This document shows positions 59,942-64,000 of a DNA stretch of 64,000 bases, piece after piece. The notes beneath the pieces are model-generated. The model had not been told where the DNA came from and ran no database searches. It worked only from the letters and a program-made list of their open reading frames with translations. The stretch is from Thermofilaceae archaeon. GTDB taxonomy: Archaea > Thermoproteota > Thermoprotei > Thermofilales > Thermofilaceae. The DNA lies in assembly GCA_038861545.1 (NCBI GenBank), contig JAWCCZ010000004.1, positions 96,001 through 160,000 of the forward strand. The letters run 5' to 3'. Numbering within the stretch: the stretch's first letter is position 1; the number at the start of each line of letters is the position of its first letter. A program made the translations under genes and the position numbers.

Positions 59942-61633
59942 CTAACCTTCAACACTTCTCTTATCGCGCCTCGCCTCGTGTGCAGCTCTGACGAAGGCCA
60001 AGTAGACTGGCGATGGGGATGAAGCTCTACTTTTAAACTCTGGGTGGAATTGGACACCCACTATCCATCTTTTTTCGGAGAACTCTATAGCGTTTATTAC
60101 ATTTCCCGATGCATCGGTCGCAGATACCGTTAGACCCTTCTTCCTCCCAAGTTCAGTGTATTTTCTGATAATATGGTAGCGATGCCTAAACCTTTCTTTC
60201 ACGATTTCCCTGCCGTAGGCGCTGTAAAGATGGGTATCTTTAATTAAGAACACTTCATGTGCTCCTAGTCTCATAGTTCCTCCTTTAGCGGTAATACTTC
60301 TCTGCTCTGGTAAAAGATCAACGACGGGGTAGGGTGTGTGGGGATTTATTTCTGTTGAGTGAGCTGAGTTCAAGCCCATTACATACCTGCAGAATGCTAT
60401 AAAGAGAAGTTGAGCCCCAAAGCATATTCCCAGGAAAACCTTGTCGCTTTCTATGGCGTAACGGGCAGCTTGTATCATACCCTCTACTCCTCTCGATCCA
60501 AAACCGGGGGTTAAAAGTATCCCATCAGCTTTAGACAGAGTTGACTCTACCGTCCCTGGATCCTCTTCGAATCTACACGAATCAACGAGTTCGATTTTAA
60601 CACCTAAACCTAAACTTGCAGCTGCATGCTTAAGTGCCTCATTGATACTTATGTAGCTATCCTGAATGCTTGTATATTTACCTGGCATGGCGATAGTCAC
60701 CGTATCGCTTGGATACGCATATCTAGCAACTACGTTTTCCCACTCGCTTATCAAATGCCGCTGGGGCTCGCATTCATTAAGTTGAAGTAACCTAGCCAAG
60801 TATTTGCCTAAACCTTGCCGCTCGAAAACTAACGGAAGCTCATATACTACGCTGATATCGGGATCCGAAACCACCGCTTCTACTGGTACGTTACAGTATA
60901 GTGCGATCTTTCGTTGAACATCTTCTGTCAAATAGTTACTTGATCTACCAACTATTACATCAGGCTGCAGTCCCATGCTTTGAAGCTGCCTTACGCTATG
61001 TTGAGTGGGTTTTGTCTTCTGTTGACCAACGGTTTCCAGGTAAGGAATAAGAGTAACATGCACTAATGCGGTATGACCTGGAGGCATCTCTAGCCTAAAC
61101 TGCCTTATAGCCTCCAGGAAAGGCATGGCCTCTATGTCCCCTACAGTTCCCCCAATTTCCACTACCATTACATCTGAAGCACTTCTCTTCGCTGCAAGCT
61201 GCATCCTTCGCTTTATCTCATCTGTAACGTGCGGTATAACTTGGATTGTCTTACCTAAGTATTCGCCTATTCTCTCGCGTAGGATGACCGTTAAGTAAAC
61301 TTGCCCCGACGTAATGTTGTTAGAGGGGTGCATGTTTATTCCGACGAACCGTTCATAAGTACCGAAATCCTGGTCCAATTCAGCTATTGGGAAACTGTAG
61401 CCAGGTGCTGGTTCGAATACCCATACATCTTCACATACGAAGACCTCGCCGTGCTCTATGGGGTTCAAGGTGCCTGGGTCAACGTTTAAGTATGGATCAA
61501 TCTTTATCATGTCCACTTTATAGCCTCGGAACTGGAAGAGTTTTGCAATCGACGCCGATACAACACCCTTACCAATACCGCTGAGTACACCACCTGTTAC
61601 GAACACAAACCTAGTTCCCTTAGCTTTATCCAC
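59942..61633 (-). CDS. pyrG: CTP synthase
   Basis: GGVLSGIGKG, KIDPYLN, KTKPTQHSV, GICFG, RHRY, QFHPE. Confidence 0.97.
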   Translation of the reverse strand: MDKAKGTRFVFVTGGVLSGIGKGVVSASIAKLFQFRGYKVDMIKIDPYLNVDPGTLNPIEHGEVFVCEDVWVFEPAPGYSFPIAELDQDFGTYERFVGINMHPSNNITSGQVYLTVILRERIGEYLGKTIQVIPHVTDEIKRRMQLAAKRSASDVMVVEIGGTVGDIEAMPFLEAIRQFRLEMPPGHTALVHVTLIPYLETVGQQKTKPTQHSVRQLQSMGLQPDVIVGRSSNYLTEDVQRKIALYCNVPVEAVVSDPDISVVYELPLVFERQGLGKYLARLLQLNECEPQRHLISEWENVVARYAYPSDTVTIAMPGKYTSIQDSYISINEALKHAAASLGLGVKIELVDSCRFEEDPGTVESTLSKADGILLTPGFGSRGVEGMIQAARYAIESDKVFLGICFGAQLLFIAFCRYVMGLNSAHSTEINPHTPYPVVDLLPEQRSITAKGGTMRLGAHEVFLIKDTHLYSAYGREIVKERFRHRYHIIRKYTELGRKKGLTVSATDASGNVINAIEFSEKRWIVGVQFHPEFKSRASSPSPVYLAFVRAAHEARRDKRSVEG

Positions 61634-61635
61634 GA

Positions 61636-62880
61636 TTACCCCCTTACCATGTTTTTAACAAATTCCTTCAAGAGAAACAAGTCTCTAATGTAGACAAACT
61701 CGTTTTCCGAGTGAACGTTGCAATCTGATCTTATAGCCCCGAAGGCTACTACGGGTATTCCAGCTTCGAAAAAAAACGTTCCGTCATTACCCCCTAGTTC
61801 AGCTGCTGTCGGAACTTTGTACTCTAACCCTCCGGCGGCGTAGGATTTCTGTGCAGCTTCGACAGCCTCGTCTACTAAGTCTTTATCCAGCGTGTACCAA
61901 CCCCTTTGTCCCCAGGCTTTGATCTCGGCTTCAATTGCTAATCGTGCTGTGGCCCGCGAAAAGTATGAGTACAATTCAGTTAATGCTTCTTCCATATCTT
62001 CCTCTGGGAGAAGTCTAACGTCGAAACCTAGCAGAACCTCCGAGGGTACACGATTATGTTTTTCGGGTTCGCCAGGCCCTAGTTTAGTTATAGTGATGCT
62101 AAAACGCCCCCACACTTTTTGAAACGGTGAGTCTGGTGGAGAATTGTAACGTGAAATCTTTGAAAAACGAACTGATTTGTACTCTTCTAGGAGGATGTTA
62201 GCGAGTTTAACAGCAGCTTCAACAGGGTTAACGGTTTTATGCGGGTATCCTGCGTGCCCAGATCTGCCCTTCACTTTAATCCATCCATGAATTACGCCGC
62301 TAGCACCCACTGAAACATACTCGGCTCCAGCGTCAAGTATCACTGCTTTATCCCATCGATACCCTTCCTCTAAGACTGCCCTAACCCCGTAACCACCGAC
62401 TTCCTCATCGCCAGTCACCACTATGCAGGGTCTATACCTGAGCTTATCGCCGGCATTAGCGAGTTCGGCGAACGCTGCAATACTTGCTACTATTGCGGAT
62501 TTATCGTCTGCAGCTCCTCGACCATACACCCTATCTTTACATACAAAAGGCTCGTAAGGGTCTACTGAATGTCCTTCAACATACCATGGCCCACGAGTTG
62601 GGACAACATCGTAGTGACTTACTAGTGCTAAAGTCCTGCCGCTACCTTCAACCTCAATGAAAACCGTAGGTATAATGCCACCTCTATATTCAAGTTTAAT
62701 GAGTTCCGCGCTTAATCCGACTCTTTCTGCTAACCCAACTACCGCCTCAGCAGCTTCCATGTAGCTACTTCGTATAACATCCCCCTTATCTGATACCGAG
62801 ACTTCTGAGCGAATCCTAACCAATCGGCAGAGCTCTTCAACTAAATCGATATTCACGCATCCGAGAGTACGGTGAGTCAT
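61636..62880 (-). CDS. M20-family metallohydrolase (ArgE/DapE-like)
   Basis: SHYDVVP, GRGAADDK, DEEVG, GHAGYP, HSENE. Confidence 0.9.
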   Translation of the reverse strand: MTHRTLGCVNIDLVEELCRLVRIRSEVSVSDKGDVIRSSYMEAAEAVVGLAERVGLSAELIKLEYRGGIIPTVFIEVEGSGRTLALVSHYDVVPTRGPWYVEGHSVDPYEPFVCKDRVYGRGAADDKSAIVASIAAFAELANAGDKLRYRPCIVVTGDEEVGGYGVRAVLEEGYRWDKAVILDAGAEYVSVGASGVIHGWIKVKGRSGHAGYPHKTVNPVEAAVKLANILLEEYKSVRFSKISRYNSPPDSPFQKVWGRFSITITKLGPGEPEKHNRVPSEVLLGFDVRLLPEEDMEEALTELYSYFSRATARLAIEAEIKAWGQRGWYTLDKDLVDEAVEAAQKSYAAGGLEYKVPTAAELGGNDGTFFFEAGIPVVAFGAIRSDCNVHSENEFVYIRDLFLLKEFVKNMVRG

Positions 62881-62952
62881 GCTTAAATGTTACGCTGTAA
62901 CAGGCTATTAACTCGAGAAAAAGTTAAGAGTACCATTAACCGTAACTCTTTC

Positions 62953-63046
62953 GGGCCGGTAGATCAGGCTGGGAGATCGCCCGCCTTGCAAGCACTTTAA
63001 CAACCAAGTACGCGGGAGGTCCCGGGTTCAAGTCCCGGCCGGTCCA
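62953..63046 (+). tRNA. tRNA-Ala(UGC) with 20-nt intron at 37/38
   Basis: Exons nearly identical to tRNA-Ala(CGC); intron 62991-63010, central helix CTTG/CAAG. Confidence 0.95.
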
Positions 63047-63322
63047 CTTTTTCAACCTCTCAGCGATAACCTACACGCCGACTTGTAGTATATGTAATTG
63101 CCTACGAAAATGTCAGTGAAATACTCGCGTTTACCTTTAACTGTGGAACTTGTTAACCAAGGTTAACTAATGCAGCCTAGGAATTTTGGTTTAAGTCTTA
63201 ACTGTTAGAGCCTCATGTCTTAGCAACCTTTATGTTAATGGGCTCCGTGAAGATTACATGGTATATTTCTGTCTTCTATTAGGATTAGGAATTCTTTAAT
63301 TATAGTATAGTGTACATGACAT

Positions 63323-63955
63323 GTGGTTCAAGCCGGGGTCGACGAAGCCGGTAGAGGACCAGTAATCGGTCCTATGGTAATTGCCTGCGTAGTGCTTAAC
63401 TCGAACAGCGTAAAACTACTCAAGAGGGTTGCGAAGGATTCTAAGAAACTATCTCCACGATCTCGTGAAAAAGTTTACCGAACGATTCTCGAAGTTGCAA
63501 ATGAAGTTAAAATTCGCGTTGTAGAGCCTCTGGAGATCGATGCTGCAGTAGCTGTAAGGGGACTGAATCGCTTGGAGGCCCGCGTAACAGCGGAGCTCTT
63601 AGGCCAACTAACATCGAATATTGATTTAGTTTTTGTAGATTCGCCTGATCCCCAGCCTGACAGGTATGCTGCTCTGGTTAAAGGTTTCTTAACACGCCAC
63701 GAAATAAATATTATAGCAGCGAACCATGCTGAGCTCTTATACCCGCACGTCGCCGCAGCCTCTATCGTTGCTAAAGTTGAGAGAGATAACCTCGTGACTA
63801 AACTCAAGGACACCTATGGCGACTTTGGTTCAGGTTACCCTTCAGATCCAAAAACCATAGCGTTTCTGCGAAAATTTATGGAGAGTGGAGTTAAATACCC
63901 TCCAATAGTAAGGAGGAGTTGGAGAACATTATTAAAAATGAACAAGATAATTTAA
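63323..63955 (+). CDS. rnhB: Ribonuclease HII
   Basis: GVDEAGRGPVIGP, KDSKKL, AAASIVAKVERD, GSGYPSDP. Confidence 0.97.
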   Translation: MVQAGVDEAGRGPVIGPMVIACVVLNSNSVKLLKRVAKDSKKLSPRSREKVYRTILEVANEVKIRVVEPLEIDAAVAVRGLNRLEARVTAELLGQLTSNIDLVFVDSPDPQPDRYAALVKGFLTRHEINIIAANHAELLYPHVAAASIVAKVERDNLVTKLKDTYGDFGSGYPSDPKTIAFLRKFMESGVKYPPIVRRSWRTLLKMNKII

Positions 63956-64000
63956 CAATTTAATTTCACAGCTGTTCTATTCACGAACAAGTTTAGCGTC

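Noticed and set aside
55394-63046. Two tRNA-Ala genes as attL/attR of an integrated element
   Set aside because: Both are complete isoacceptors with different anticodons and introns, and the intervening genes are core housekeeping.
63152-63167. Inverted repeat GTTAACC-AA-GGTTAAC after tRNA-Ala(UGC)
   Set aside because: Single short palindrome; no integrase or duplicated tRNA 3' end to suggest an att site.

Overview
A gene-dense archaeal chromosome segment, most likely Thermoproteota/Thermofilaceae. This assignment is inferred from a circularly permuted tRNA-Tyr, multi-intron tRNAs, a short crenarchaeal XPF, a class II HMG-CoA reductase and EMHKS-type IleRS. Housekeeping content: XPD, XPB, XPF, Cdc6/Orc1, RNase HII, ProRS, IleRS, CysRS, Trm5, PyrG and class III RNR (nrdDG). 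Also present are a corrinoid protein with its reductive activator, two tandem Opp/Dpp ABC clusters, four intron-containing tRNA genes, a probable C/D-box sRNA and a frameshifted methyltransferase pseudogene. No mobile element or CRISPR array was seen. Top observations: (1) proS appears to need a +1 shift at ATG-AGC-TTT-CCC-TAA, which is either programmed frameshifting on a Pro codon or a 1-nt sequence error; (2) a circularly permuted tRNA-Tyr(GUA) whose anticodon insert looks like two tandem introns; (3) three otherwise divergent ABC ATPase genes share a 100%-identical 89-117 bp segment; (4) an unannotated 45-aa Glu/Trp micro-protein.
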